Shown: positions 1 through 9,511 of the stretch, piece by piece
How the letters are laid out: each line of letters starts with the position of its first letter
Numbering within the stretch: the stretch's first letter is position 1
Assembly: GCA_964236955.1 (NCBI GenBank)
Contig: CAXSGP010000064.1
Location: 1 to 25,614, forward strand
DNA from: an uncultured Oligoflexus sp.
GTDB lineage: Bacteria > Bdellovibrionota_B > Oligoflexia > Oligoflexales > Oligoflexaceae
DNA: 25,614 nucleotides
Direction: 5' to 3'
Program-made: the position numbers and the translations under genes
Notes under the pieces: model-generated
What the model saw: the letters and a program-made list of their open reading frames with translations, nothing else
Databases searched by the model: none
Told to the model about the DNA's origin: nothing

Positions 1-1
1 G

Positions 2-880
2 TTCGGGGGCTGTGCGGGGATGGTCATCACGCGGGCGATGATACGCGACCTCTTCGATAAAACCCGAGTTGCCGAATTTCTTTCGTCCATGGCCTTAGTC
101 ATGGGCCTGGCCCCTATCCTCGCCCCTTCGATGGGTGCCCTGGTCAATCACGCCTTTGGCTGGCGGGCAATTTTTATCACGCTGGTGGTCGCCAATTTTA
201 TCTGCATGCTTTTTATCGTCTATTTCCTTCCTGAGACCAATCATAATCGCAGCGCCAGACTTCGCCTGGGTTCGACCCTCCTTGCCTATGGAGGCCTTCT
301 AAAAAATCGGAACTTCGTCGCCTATCTCTTCCCCGATGCCGCGATGCGTGCCGGAATGTTTGCCTATATTGCTGGATCACCTTTTGTATTTATCGAACTC
401 TTTCATGTCCCAAAGGAACATTACGGTTGGATCTTTGGATTCAATGGAGTGGGTCTTATGGCTGCTTCGCAAATCAACCGGTGGCTGCTGCGTCGCTGGG
501 AGCCTGAGACCATCCTTCGCTTCGCGCTTCGGTTTGCGGCTCTCGTCGCCATTTTTGTGTTTGCCGGGCCTTTTATCACGATGAATCCCGCAGCCACTCT
601 CATACCCTTATTTCTGTTTCTGGCGAGCCTCAACTTTATAGGGCCAAACTCCCTGGCTGGTGCCTTATCTACCCAGGCTCATCAGGCGGGAACGGCGTCC
701 GCTCTCTACGGTTGCCTGCAGTGGAGTCTCGCGTCTTTTGCGGCGTTCCTGGTCAGTCATTTTCATAATGGAACCGCCTTGCCCATGACAGGTGTGATTT
801 TGGGCTGCGGCCTCCTGTCTCTTGCTGTGTTCAGCCTGCTGGCTCCGCACACGAAGACAGCGACGAGTGCCAAGACCTAA
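2..880 (+). CDS. Bcr/CflA-family (DHA1) MFS drug-resistance transporter, 5'-truncated by the window edge
   Basis: The frame is open from base 2 (FGGCAGMVITRAMIRD). It contains the Bcr/CflA motifs RAMIRD, LAPILAPSMG, GWRAIF, LPET, FAYIAGSPFVF and AGTASAL, and has many hydrophobic helices. Confidence 0.92.
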   Translation, partial: FGGCAGMVITRAMIRDLFDKTRVAEFLSSMALVMGLAPILAPSMGALVNHAFGWRAIFITLVVANFICMLFIVYFLPETNHNRSARLRLGSTLLAYGGLLKNRNFVAYLFPDAAMRAGMFAYIAGSPFVFIELFHVPKEHYGWIFGFNGVGLMAASQINRWLLRRWEPETILRFALRFAALVAIFVFAGPFITMNPAATLIPLFLFLASLNFIGPNSLAGALSTQAHQAGTASALYGCLQWSLASFAAFLVSHFHNGTALPMTGVILGCGLLSLAVFSLLAPHTKTATSAKT

Positions 881-1244
881 TTGTGCCAAACCCGCTAAAC
901 TGAATCGCTGCGATTGAGTCATTTTTTGATTTTTTTCGTCCGCTATCGCCGACTGTTGCTTATTTGGATAGTGTCTAGAGTTTAGACTGCAATTCGGCCT
1001 AGACCCGCTGCCTTTATCTTATATTCAAGCGGCTATCTTAGAATTAAAAATATATCCCTCCCGCCTTCGGCCGCATCCTGGAAATTCACTGAGATAGAGA
1101 TTGTCTGGTAGTCCGCCATTCGATTAGGTTTCAATCTGAAACGGCCTTCTAGGCTGGATGCTGAGGTGCCTTGGTCGAATTGGATAAATATTTGCAAACA
1201 GGCAAACAGCATCCATAAGCTCCACATCAAGAGAAACGCTGATT

Positions 1245-2444
1245 ATGAAAATCAAGCTTAGACTCCTAGCGCTGATTCTTAGCCTTACGGCTTGCAAAGG
1301 GACAACGGGAAGGAGCCTGGAACCGGGCCCACAGGTAAGCTCTCTTTTGCTTGACAACAGGGGGCCTCCATCTTTTGATGATAGAACCTTGGATCGAGTG
1401 ACCTTTCTCACCGCGCACAATGCTTTCGCCAACAACGGCGACAATGCCCGCTTCATTGCTCCCAATCAAGACTGGGGCCTGACCAAGCAGATGGAAATGG
1501 GAGTCCGTGGTTTTATGCTCGATGTCTATAGTAGAAACGGCCAGGCTGTTCTTTGCCATATGCGGTGCGGGCTCGCAGGTTTTTTCCCATGGATTTCCTT
1601 GACCGATGAATTGAGACGTTTTGAAGACTTCATGAAGAAAGATCGTAACGCTATCATCACTCTTCATATCGAATGGACCGCTGGCGCAAAAGCCAATGAA
1701 TTCGAAGCAGCTTTCAATAAATTCCCTGATCTTAAAAACATGATCTTTGACCCTTATCAGGCAGACGTCAAAAATAAGGGCTGGCCAAAGGTGCGAGATA
1801 TGATCGCATCGAATAAGCGCCTGCTTATCCTTTCCCAGTCCGACTCAACACGAAACATGGGTGTGGCTTTAGATAAGGAATTTACCGTCGAAAACTACTG
1901 GAGCACGGGCACCACGGGTCATGACCGCAACTGCCGATCAAGATGGGACGAAATATCCCTTGATACAGACAATACTCAAGCGAAGGCCTTCCGGCGTTTA
2001 TTTGTGATGAACCATTTCCGCGATAGCCCCACCATTCTTACCGCGGCTCTTGACAACACGATAGGCTCACTGCTGGCAAGAGTTACCGATGATTGCCTTT
2101 GGCCTTCGCGTAGAATTCCCAACTATGTAGCAATTGATTTTGTGAATAAGGGGACCGGTCGCGAGACTGTCGATACCCTCAATCGTGCCGTGGCCATAGT
2201 TTTTGAGCATGAAAACTGGGGCGGGCGGGCGCAGCTTATCGTGCCCGGGAATCAGAATTTCGTTGGGGGAAATGGCCATCTGGAAGACAATTCGATGAGT
2301 TCAATAGAAGTGTTTTTTCAAGGCACCCCAATCAAGTTTTACGAAGGAAGAAATCAGCAGAATTTTCTTTTCGAACTTAACGAGACCTCGGGATCTATAC
2401 CAGCCAACGATAACGATACGATTTCCAGCTATCGCGCGGATTGA
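1245..2444 (+). CDS. Lipoprotein with a PI-PLC X-domain-like phosphodiesterase and a C-terminal beta/gamma-crystallin-like module (399 aa)
   Basis: Signal peptide with lipobox LTA-C. PLC-like motifs TFLTAHNAF, NQ, GVRGFMLD, LCH, IITLHIE and PNYVAIDF. The C-terminal VFEHENWGG...DNSMSSIEV and FYEGRN...NDTISSY resemble crystallin Greek-key signatures. Confidence 0.8.
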   Translation: MKIKLRLLALILSLTACKGTTGRSLEPGPQVSSLLLDNRGPPSFDDRTLDRVTFLTAHNAFANNGDNARFIAPNQDWGLTKQMEMGVRGFMLDVYSRNGQAVLCHMRCGLAGFFPWISLTDELRRFEDFMKKDRNAIITLHIEWTAGAKANEFEAAFNKFPDLKNMIFDPYQADVKNKGWPKVRDMIASNKRLLILSQSDSTRNMGVALDKEFTVENYWSTGTTGHDRNCRSRWDEISLDTDNTQAKAFRRLFVMNHFRDSPTILTAALDNTIGSLLARVTDDCLWPSRRIPNYVAIDFVNKGTGRETVDTLNRAVAIVFEHENWGGRAQLIVPGNQNFVGGNGHLEDNSMSSIEVFFQGTPIKFYEGRNQQNFLFELNETSGSIPANDNDTISSYRAD

Positions 2445-3253
2445 TACAAGGGCTGTCACTCATAGGACCTTGCGTCGCAGCGCCTGAACGCCGCTCACTT
2501 TCCTCATCTAGGACCGGGCGTTATGACAGAAAGATTGCCATTAAAAAGACCCTGTGTTGCCGAGCAAATGCTGGGAATTTCATTTCGTATTTTTTTTGGG
2601 TCGATCCTGGCGCAAGGCCGAGACTTCGATTCTCCTGCCTTAGTGAGGCAGAATTCTGAACTTCACTCACTGGAGCCGGGGCGACCGGATGGGTAATTCC
2701 AAGTAGTTCTGTGCGGCGAAGGTCCTTCCCTTTATCTCTCACTTCCTCCCTTGACGCACTGACCCAGTTTATTTAAACATGTTGGTTCAATCTTCATGAA
2801 AAAGTCCGCCTTGCGAAGCTTATTTGGCAAGCCTGAGTTTAAACTTAGTAAAAAATGCTATGTTCTATTCGAAACCTATGGCAAATATTTAATTTCCGAC
2901 AATTCTTCCCTGCGACTGATCATTGGCTTTTGGAATTTTACGAAGGAAAGAATTCCCATTCAATTTTTTAAGTTCAGAATTTAATCGCTTTTCAAGCTGG
3001 GTTTGACAAATCAAGTTCATTTTACGTGAGTGCCCGTATTTTTAGAATATCCTGTGGGCGAGAGATCCACTAGAATAGATGCAAGCCCAAGCTAACACTG
3101 AAACGGAAGACTCATGACCTTGACGGGGCGGGGTTTTCAGCGTCACTATTGATAATCGCAAAGGAAGAGTTTTTTGAACTAAGGCCTAAACTGGGGCCTC
3201 GATCACTATTATTAACATAAGTGAAGTCATTCCAACACTCAAAAGAGCGGTAA

Positions 3254-6200
3254 ATGTTTGTCATAAAATATTCGCGATCGACTTTTGGAAGGAAGCTCTT
3301 CTTAACTTTGGGCCTCTATTTCCTGTTCGGTTCCCTTGGAATGTTTGCGACACCGCGTCTGACATACCTGCCCCTGTCAGGGATTGCACTTGGCCTCCTG
3401 CAGTGGTCAAGGGGTAGAATGTGGGCCGGGATATTGCTAGGGGCCCTGCTCTTGAATTTTGGGCTGGCTGCAACGGTTATTCCCTTTGCTCATGTCTCGG
3501 GCTATCTTTACTATGCCAGCATTATGACGATAAGTGCTTGTTTTCTGGCCTGGATACACTATCGACTCTTCAACCGACTTCTAACATTTCCAGCAAAATT
3601 TGTTCATGATGAAGACGTCGGCAGTTTTCTGTTTAAAGTGGCTCCTCTCGCCGGACTTCTTGCGGCGGCCGTCAAGACCCTGGTGCTCTTTACAGTCAAT
3701 CCGCTCAATGGCGTGGATTTTCTAAGTTTTGCATGGACCTTGGCCATCAATGACACGCTAAGCGTGGTGATCCTCACACCCTTGATCTCGATTTTGCTTG
3801 ATCGCAGCTCAACCATTACCAGAGGCCTTCATCTGCCAGGCAACCACTGGTTTTTAGGAGTCAATGCACTGGCTGCGATGATCTATTTTTATGGACTTCT
3901 TCGTGGTGGGCCATTCACCAACTGGAGAATCCTCCTGATTGAGTTGGTCTGCTCCACTCTGGCAAGTTGGATATTTCTCAGCAACGGGGAGCCTTCAGGA
4001 CAAATTGACGATTCCGTGGGGGATTTTCGGGAAATTGCCAACTGCATGCCACAGATCGTCTATACGGCGACAGCTGAAGGCTATATCGATTATTACAATG
4101 ACCGCTGGTACGAATACACAGGGTCAAAATTAGCGTTAAAAGAGGAATATTGGGGGCATTATGTCAATGCCGAAGATCTTCAGCGATGTATCGATGTCTG
4201 GGTCAAAGCTATTCAATCGCGTGAAGCCTTTGAACTTGAATTCCGCTTCCTTCATAAGAAAAGCGGTATCTACCGCTGGCATCTCACACGGGCTCAACCA
4301 CTTAAATATGCTGATGGATCGGTGCGAAAGTGGTTTGCAACCTGCACTGATATTCATGAACAGAAAATGACAATAGAAAGATTGATCAAGAGTCAGACGG
4401 TGCTCGCGAAGACTGAGGAAAAATTTCGCTTCCTGGCTGAAACGATGCCGAACCTGGTATGGATATCTGACAAAGACGGCCAAATTAACTTTCTCAACCA
4501 AAGATGGATTGAATACACCGGTGTGAATCTGGAAGTTACCTTGGCGACCGGTGGGCTGGTGCATCCTGATGATCTGCAAACCATGTTTATGCTTTGGCGT
4601 AATTCGGTTGCAACTGGCAAAGCCTTCGAAACGGAATATCGTCTGAAAAGCGCGAGCGGGGATTTCCGTTGGCAGCTGGCCCGGGCATTGCCCCTTTATG
4701 ATGGTGAAGGTCAAATTTTGAGTTGGTTTGGATCCTGCACGGATATCCATGATCAGAAGACGAAGGCCAATGAACTGAAACGAGTGAAGGACGCCTTGGA
4801 GCTGGCCCATACTGCGACCCGAGTGGCCACTTGGGAAGCGACTATCGCCACTGGCGACATCACCCGTACGCCTTTTCTCGATAAACTCTACGGTCTCGAC
4901 GGACAGGGCGAAAAGCTTCTCATCAAAGACCTTTATCGAATCATTCATCCCGATGACCGCAAAAGGATTCGGGAAGCCTTGCGTCCCGGACGGCAATCGA
5001 TCGGCGCCCATGCCTGTATTCAGGATAATTGTCGAATAGAATACCGCGTAATCTGGCCTGATGGTTCGATTCACTGGCTCAGCAGCCTCACTCACACGGT
5101 TCGGAATGAACGGGGCGAACTCACGCATGTTCAGGGCGCGAGCTTCGATGTCACGGCGGCACGACATCTGCAAGACGTGCAGCAGCAGCTGAGCATTCGC
5201 GAGGAAACTGCCCGGGAATCGTCCCGGCTCAAGTCTCAGTTTCTCGCCGCCATGTCTCATGAGATCCGTACCCCTATCAATGGCATCATAGGGATGACGA
5301 CCTTCCTGCTGCAGACCCAGCTGGACGCCGAACAGCAGATTTACGCCGATGCGGTAAGGCGCTCAGGTAATGCCCTGCTTATAGTCATCAACGACATTCT
5401 CGATTTTTCCAAGATCGAGGCGGGACGGCTCGATTACGAAAGCATACCCTTTTCCCTGTCTAGTATTTTAGAGGATATACGCCTCATCACTCTGCCGTTG
5501 ATCAGTGAGAAGGATGTTCGCTTTGAGACAGTTTTACATTCCGATATACCTGAAAACATTATTGGCGACCCCGGTCGGCTGCGGCAAATCCTGACAAATT
5601 TGCTTTCGAACGCGGCAAAATTCACGGCTCACGGCTTTATCAAGCTCAATGCCAGGGTTGTTGAAAGATGGGAATCCGAACTTGTCCTTTATTTTGAGAT
5701 TATTGATAGCGGGATCGGCATCGCTCCGGAATCAATGGCACTACTATTTCAGCCTTTCGTGCAGGCCGATAATTCCACGACCCGTATCTATGGAGGTACC
5801 GGGCTGGGGTTGACGATCAGCAAGCATCTGGTCGAATCCATGCATGGGGAGATAGGCTTTAGCAGCGAGCCTGGCTTTGGATCAAAGTTTTGGTTTACCG
5901 CCCGTTTTGGAGTCAGCGCCGAACAGCATGCGCCATCGGCCCATTTTTCCCGGCATCAGCCCCGCGATAAGACCAACAAACGGGTGCTGGTGGTCGAGGA
6001 TGTCTACCTCAATCAGTTCATCGCTACCAAAGCATTGGAAAACCTTGGCTACACGGCGCACGCCGTCGGTAACGGCAAGGAAGCGATAGAAGCCCTCTGT
6101 GAATCTACCTATGATCTGGTTCTGATGGATTGTCTTATGCCGGTGATGGATGGGTATGAAGCTTCAAAGCGGATTCGTTTGAGCCGTGAGGTATGCAATT

Positions 6201-6367
6201 CGCAAATTCCCATCGTTGCAATGACAGCCTGTGCCATGACCGGAGATAGAGAGCGATGTTTGAAGGCAGGCATGAATGATTATCTATCGAAGCCGGTTCA
6301 GTCAGAGAATCTGGAGGCGGTCATAAGCAAATGGCTCAGCGTTGACGGACCGGCTTTGGATAGTTGA
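3254..6367 (+). CDS. Membrane-bound hybrid sensor histidine kinase (MASE1-like membrane region, 3 PAS/PAC, HisKA, HATPase, REC; 1037 aa)
   Basis: The N-terminal ~240 aa are hydrophobic. PAS repeats: [65 protein letters not shown]-box [15 protein letters not shown]-box [15 protein letters not shown]-boxes DSGIGI and GGTGLGL. Receiver VVED...LMDCLMP...KPV. Confidence 0.95.
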   Translation: MFVIKYSRSTFGRKLFLTLGLYFLFGSLGMFATPRLTYLPLSGIALGLLQWSRGRMWAGILLGALLLNFGLAATVIPFAHVSGYLYYASIMTISACFLAWIHYRLFNRLLTFPAKFVHDEDVGSFLFKVAPLAGLLAAAVKTLVLFTVNPLNGVDFLSFAWTLAINDTLSVVILTPLISILLDRSSTITRGLHLPGNHWFLGVNALAAMIYFYGLLRGGPFTNWRILLIELVCSTLASWIFLSNGEPSGQIDDSVGDFREIANCMPQIVYTATAEGYIDYYNDRWYEYTGSKLALKEEYWGHYVNAEDLQRCIDVWVKAIQSREAFELEFRFLHKKSGIYRWHLTRAQPLKYADGSVRKWFATCTDIHEQKMTIERLIKSQTVLAKTEEKFRFLAETMPNLVWISDKDGQINFLNQRWIEYTGVNLEVTLATGGLVHPDDLQTMFMLWRNSVATGKAFETEYRLKSASGDFRWQLARALPLYDGEGQILSWFGSCTDIHDQKTKANELKRVKDALELAHTATRVATWEATIATGDITRTPFLDKLYGLDGQGEKLLIKDLYRIIHPDDRKRIREALRPGRQSIGAHACIQDNCRIEYRVIWPDGSIHWLSSLTHTVRNERGELTHVQGASFDVTAARHLQDVQQQLSIREETARESSRLKSQFLAAMSHEIRTPINGIIGMTTFLLQTQLDAEQQIYADAVRRSGNALLIVINDILDFSKIEAGRLDYESIPFSLSSILEDIRLITLPLISEKDVRFETVLHSDIPENIIGDPGRLRQILTNLLSNAAKFTAHGFIKLNARVVERWESELVLYFEIIDSGIGIAPESMALLFQPFVQADNSTTRIYGGTGLGLTISKHLVESMHGEIGFSSEPGFGSKFWFTARFGVSAEQHAPSAHFSRHQPRDKTNKRVLVVEDVYLNQFIATKALENLGYTAHAVGNGKEAIEALCESTYDLVLMDCLMPVMDGYEASKRIRLSREVCNSQIPIVAMTACAMTGDRERCLKAGMNDYLSKPVQSENLEAVISKWLSVDGPALDS

Positions 6368-6374
6368 CGGCAGA

Positions 6375-6400
6375 ATGAGGGTTTTTTCAAACTCTCGCAT
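6375..6400. terminator. Short hairpin between the convergent kinase and GH5 genes; possible terminator
   Basis: GAGGGTTT-tttc-AAACTCTC (6377-6396), with one G-U pair, in the 60-bp gap between two stop codons. Confidence 0.4.
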
Positions 6401-6427
6401 GGCGTTGTCACCATCCTTAGGATTAGT

Positions 6428-7624
6428 TCAAAAGCGAACCTGACAGCTCTTGCGATCGGAAAAATCTTTGAATTGGGCGCGATTACCCGTCCAGTCAAAG
6501 GACGAATCGGTTACAGCCCAACCCAGCGATCCCGCAAACCCAGTACCATACCAACTTGCCAGAAGTTTCGCAGCGTTCGCTCCGGGCACGCCGTTGAAAG
6601 GATATTCGCCCATCACTACAGGTTTGCTGGTGATGCCCCAGTCTTGAGGCGACTTGGTGTAGGGATAATAGAGGTTGATCCAGTCATAGAAATGAAACTG
6701 CAGAAAATCGAGGTCAAGGTGGGTCCAGGCATTTTTCCATTTTATGGCGGCTCCCCCAACCGATATCAAGGCCTTACCTTCTGATCTCAGGACTTGGGAA
6801 AGGTCACTTAGAAACGATTCCATTTGTTCGTGAGTCAGGCATTGCAACCGGCCCCCATCGCATTCGAAGGCTGGATCGCCGTATTTGCTTGGTCCAGTCA
6901 TCGCCCACTCCGGTTCATTGATCAGGTCCCAGCTCATAAGCCGCTTCTTAAAGGGACTGCCTTCCGCAATTCTTGCCATGGGCCGAATGACTTTTTCCAG
7001 CAAAGCCTCTCTTTTTTTCGGGTCCAGTATCATAGGCTGGAGACTACGAATTTTTATGCCAGCTTCAGTATGGGTCGGTTTAAAGGCATCAAAAGAAAAA
7101 ATGGTGAGCATCAGATAAATATCGTTTTTGTCCGCCAATTCAAGGGCTTTGAGAAGATCGTTTTCAAAGCTTGCACCCAGGCCCGTTGGAGTGTCGTTAC
7201 TATCAAAGGTGACCCCGGCACCTCGGAAATCAGGCATAACCCACCATCGGACAACGTTGGCCCCGTTGGATTTCATATCAAGAAGCTCTTTATCGACTGC
7301 TGGCGCCGTACCGGCGACTCCGGATTGCGACCAAGCCGGAATACCGCCGAAATCACCTGCAAAATAATGCCAAGCGTAGTTGACTCCATGAACAAATCGT
7401 TTTTTGCACTGCCATGTGACCCCTCCTTCAACCGGACACTCGTCGACAACCCGACTGCAATCGGCAGGGGTGGCGAGGGTGGATGACGTCTGGTCAGACC
7501 CTGCGTCCTGAGAGCTTGCATCGGCACTTATTTGTAATTGGCTATTCTCTTTTGGAAGTGAAGGCATTTGACCACAGGCAAGTAGGAACAGGGGCGCAAG
7601 AAAAAAAACGCGAGAATTGAACAT
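6428..7624 (-). CDS. Glycoside hydrolase family 5 lipoprotein, endo-beta-mannanase-like (398 aa)
   Basis: Start moved to ATG 7624, which has GGAGGAG just upstream. Lipobox LLA-C. GH5 motifs HGVNYAW..FAGDFG, NVVRWW, WDLINEP (acid/base Glu), QFHFY and KPVVMGE (nucleophile Glu). The substrate is inferred only. Confidence 0.85.
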   Translation of the reverse strand: MFNSRVFFLAPLFLLACGQMPSLPKENSQLQISADASSQDAGSDQTSSTLATPADCSRVVDECPVEGGVTWQCKKRFVHGVNYAWHYFAGDFGGIPAWSQSGVAGTAPAVDKELLDMKSNGANVVRWWVMPDFRGAGVTFDSNDTPTGLGASFENDLLKALELADKNDIYLMLTIFSFDAFKPTHTEAGIKIRSLQPMILDPKKREALLEKVIRPMARIAEGSPFKKRLMSWDLINEPEWAMTGPSKYGDPAFECDGGRLQCLTHEQMESFLSDLSQVLRSEGKALISVGGAAIKWKNAWTHLDLDFLQFHFYDWINLYYPYTKSPQDWGITSKPVVMGEYPFNGVPGANAAKLLASWYGTGFAGSLGWAVTDSSFDWTGNRAQFKDFSDRKSCQVRF

Positions 7625-8199
7625 AGAACTCCTCCGAAGGCGCTTATAGAAGGTCATATTTTTGGGGATAAACGTGATTAGTTTTGCCAATTTTAGCAGA
7701 GATCTGTCTATTTTGGTTAAAGTTTAAAGAACAAAAACGTTCAAAAATTTCATTGCGGAATCGGCCCGAGAGTGCTTGCTTCAGTGCAGACGGTTGCAGC
7801 AATAGGATGGCAGAGGATGAAAGTGGAAAGTCAAGGACATGATCTTTTCCTCCAGCTGTTGAGCTTGGGAATGTCCAAAGCTAAGGTTTGGTAATTGCGA
7901 TTAAATCCTCCGAACTTTTGAAATAATTTCAGATGCTAAGTTTGTTAGTGCGGGGCCTCACCTTGCGGCGGACCCTAGAGGGGGACAATAATAGCAGAAT
8001 GCTTTGCAGCTGCCGCATGGAGGTTTGGACAGTGATAAATCTCTCTTTAGAAATAGGCTGCTCAGAGTCGGATCAAAGGCCGGGTCTGAGCCTTTGATGA
8101 ATCTCGTGTCTCAAATTTCATGAGGTTACCGTTGGCAGGAACGTTATCCACGAGTTCAAGAACCAAGTCTTTGGCACGCAATCGAATCCGATAGCTTTT

Positions 8200-8227
8200 C
8201 CCATCCCTATTTCGGGACGGACACGAG
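8200..8227. repeat. Extra copy of the right arm of the 127-bp element
   Basis: CCCATCCCTATTTCGGGACGGACACGAG matches 8327-8354 at 23/28, exactly 127 bp upstream. Both copies are followed by CTAG. Confidence 0.75.
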
Positions 8228-8354
8228 CTAGTGTCTGGCCGGAAATGGGGATGGCAAGGCGCAAAGCAGAAAAAAAGCGGAGTTTATTCCCCATAAATGA
8301 GCATTTTTTTCTGCCGACGAAACGCAGCCATCGCCTTTTCGGGACGGACACTAG
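8228..8354. repeat. 127-bp imperfect palindromic element (ERIC/IRU-like MITE-type) bounded by CTAG
   Basis: Terminal arm CTAGTGTCTGGCCGGAAATGGGGATGGC (8228-8255) matches the reverse complement of 8327-8354 at 23/28. Inner stems: GCAGAAAAAAA (8266-8276) with TTTTTTTCTGC (8304-8314), and TTTAT with ATAAA. It abuts the WYL stop codon. Confidence 0.75.
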
Positions 8355-9416
8355 CTAGGACACTTTCTTAAGTTGAAAACGTTCGGCCATGTTCAAAACC
8401 TGGCGCTCGATTTCCCGGCTGAGGGAAGCAGGCGAGATGATTTCAAGTTTATCGCCAAAGCTCATGACCCAGGCGACGAAGTCGGGACAGATTGTGAGAC
8501 TGACCTGAAGTCTTAGGCGTCCATCCGCTTCCATTTTAATTGTTTGCGAACTATGCCAACGCTTTTTCTTTACGTATAGGGCTAATTCCCTATCGAAGAG
8601 CAAATCGACCTTTTCAGGTTCCGAACCCATGAACACGGCAAAACTGGTTGTAAGGATTTCATCGGAAGCAGTCGTCACGCCTTCGTATGACTCGTCAAGA
8701 ACGACAACGGACTTAAAGCGGGGCAAGGCGAAAGTCTTCGTCTTTTTCGTTTCGAGGTCTTCAGCTATGAGATGAAAGGCTCCTTGAGCAAAGTAGATGT
8801 TTTGGGGCCCTACCTTTCGCTTGCGAATGCCGTTACTGATCGACTCGTATTCGATTTCAATGGCCTGCCTATCGGTACAGGCTTCCCGTATCAAACTCAG
8901 GATACTGCCTTGGCCTTCGACTTCCCATTGAGAGGTTCCGGCAAGCTGCATGGTTTGAGTCAGCTCGCTGAGGAATTCGCGACCTCTTTCGCCCAGTATT
9001 TCATCAAGGCTATCAAAGAACTCATTGAGATCTTCTGAGAAGGGATTATCAGAGATGGGTTTGGCCAAGGTCTTCAGGACATATAAGCCAACGAGCGCCT
9101 TAGGGCTGATTTGGAGGCTATGACCACGACTTGCTTGCGTTTTCAATCGCCACAAGGATGTGTCTTTGTCGACCGTAAGTGGAAATCCCATCGATTCCAA
9201 AGCATTCCTATCTTTGGCGAGCGTGCGTCGGGTGCAATTGAGGCCTTGGTCGAGAAGATGCTGCATTATTTGTTCGATTGTAACACCGGAGCTTGATAGG
9301 CCAAGAAAATCGATGAGAGAGTTTAGTCTCAGCAACTGTTTGTTCGAGCTTTCCTTGTCTTTCTCTTGGTCCTTTTCCCTGGCCTTCACTCTGGCCCTCC
9401 TTTCCCCTACTTTCAT
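8355..9416 (-). CDS. WYL-domain transcriptional regulator (wHTH-WYL-WCX; PafB/PafC/DriD-like architecture; 353 aa)
   Basis: Start moved to ATG 9416, which has GAGGGG upstream. HTH region CTRRTLAKDRNALESMGFPL. WYL region IEIEYES..RKVGPQNIYF..FHLIA..KTFALPRF. WCX region WHSSQ..DGRLRL..FVAWVMSFGDKLEIISPASL. Confidence 0.92.
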   Translation of the reverse strand: MKVGERRARVKAREKDQEKDKESSNKQLLRLNSLIDFLGLSSSGVTIEQIMQHLLDQGLNCTRRTLAKDRNALESMGFPLTVDKDTSLWRLKTQASRGHSLQISPKALVGLYVLKTLAKPISDNPFSEDLNEFFDSLDEILGERGREFLSELTQTMQLAGTSQWEVEGQGSILSLIREACTDRQAIEIEYESISNGIRKRKVGPQNIYFAQGAFHLIAEDLETKKTKTFALPRFKSVVVLDESYEGVTTASDEILTTSFAVFMGSEPEKVDLLFDRELALYVKKKRWHSSQTIKMEADGRLRLQVSLTICPDFVAWVMSFGDKLEIISPASLSREIERQVLNMAERFQLKKVS

Positions 9417-9483
9417 CTCATTCCCCTCGGCATTTTTGCGGCTCGTGACACCTGCGTATGAATCTAACCCTGGCCTTCCGTCA

Positions 9484-9511
9484 CTATCGGCTGGCGCTTC
9501 GTCAGAGTTGA
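9484..9511 (-). promoter_or_regulatory. Possible sigma-28 (FliA)-type promoter of the WYL gene
   Basis: Minus strand TCAA-N16-GCCGATAG, ending ~70 nt before the ATG. The consensus is TAAA-N15-GCCGATAA, so the spacer is one base long. Confidence 0.35.

Noticed and set aside
2337..2948. 13-bp direct repeat TTTTACGAAGGAA at 2337 and 2936
   Set aside because: A few 13-mer repeats are expected by chance in 25 kb, and there is no flanking homology.
3210..3237. dif-like site (minus strand TGTTGGAATGA-CTTCAC-TTATGTTAATA)
   Set aside because: The XerD-like arm matches 9/11, but the XerC-like arm matches only ~6/11 and lacks ATAA. It could be chance in an AT-rich region.
4136..5260. 374-aa antisense ORF inside the histidine kinase gene
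   Set aside because: It lies fully opposite a well-supported gene, has no recognisable motifs, and is a typical codon-bias shadow ORF.
8118..8351. 77-aa ORF right after the WYL gene, as a possible small effector
   Set aside because: It is a reading through the palindromic repeat and its extra arm, with no protein-like features.
8200..8358. Repeat pair next to a WYL gene, as a possible mini CRISPR array
   Set aside because: There are only two direct copies with a ~99-bp spacer that is itself part of the palindrome, and no cas genes in the window.
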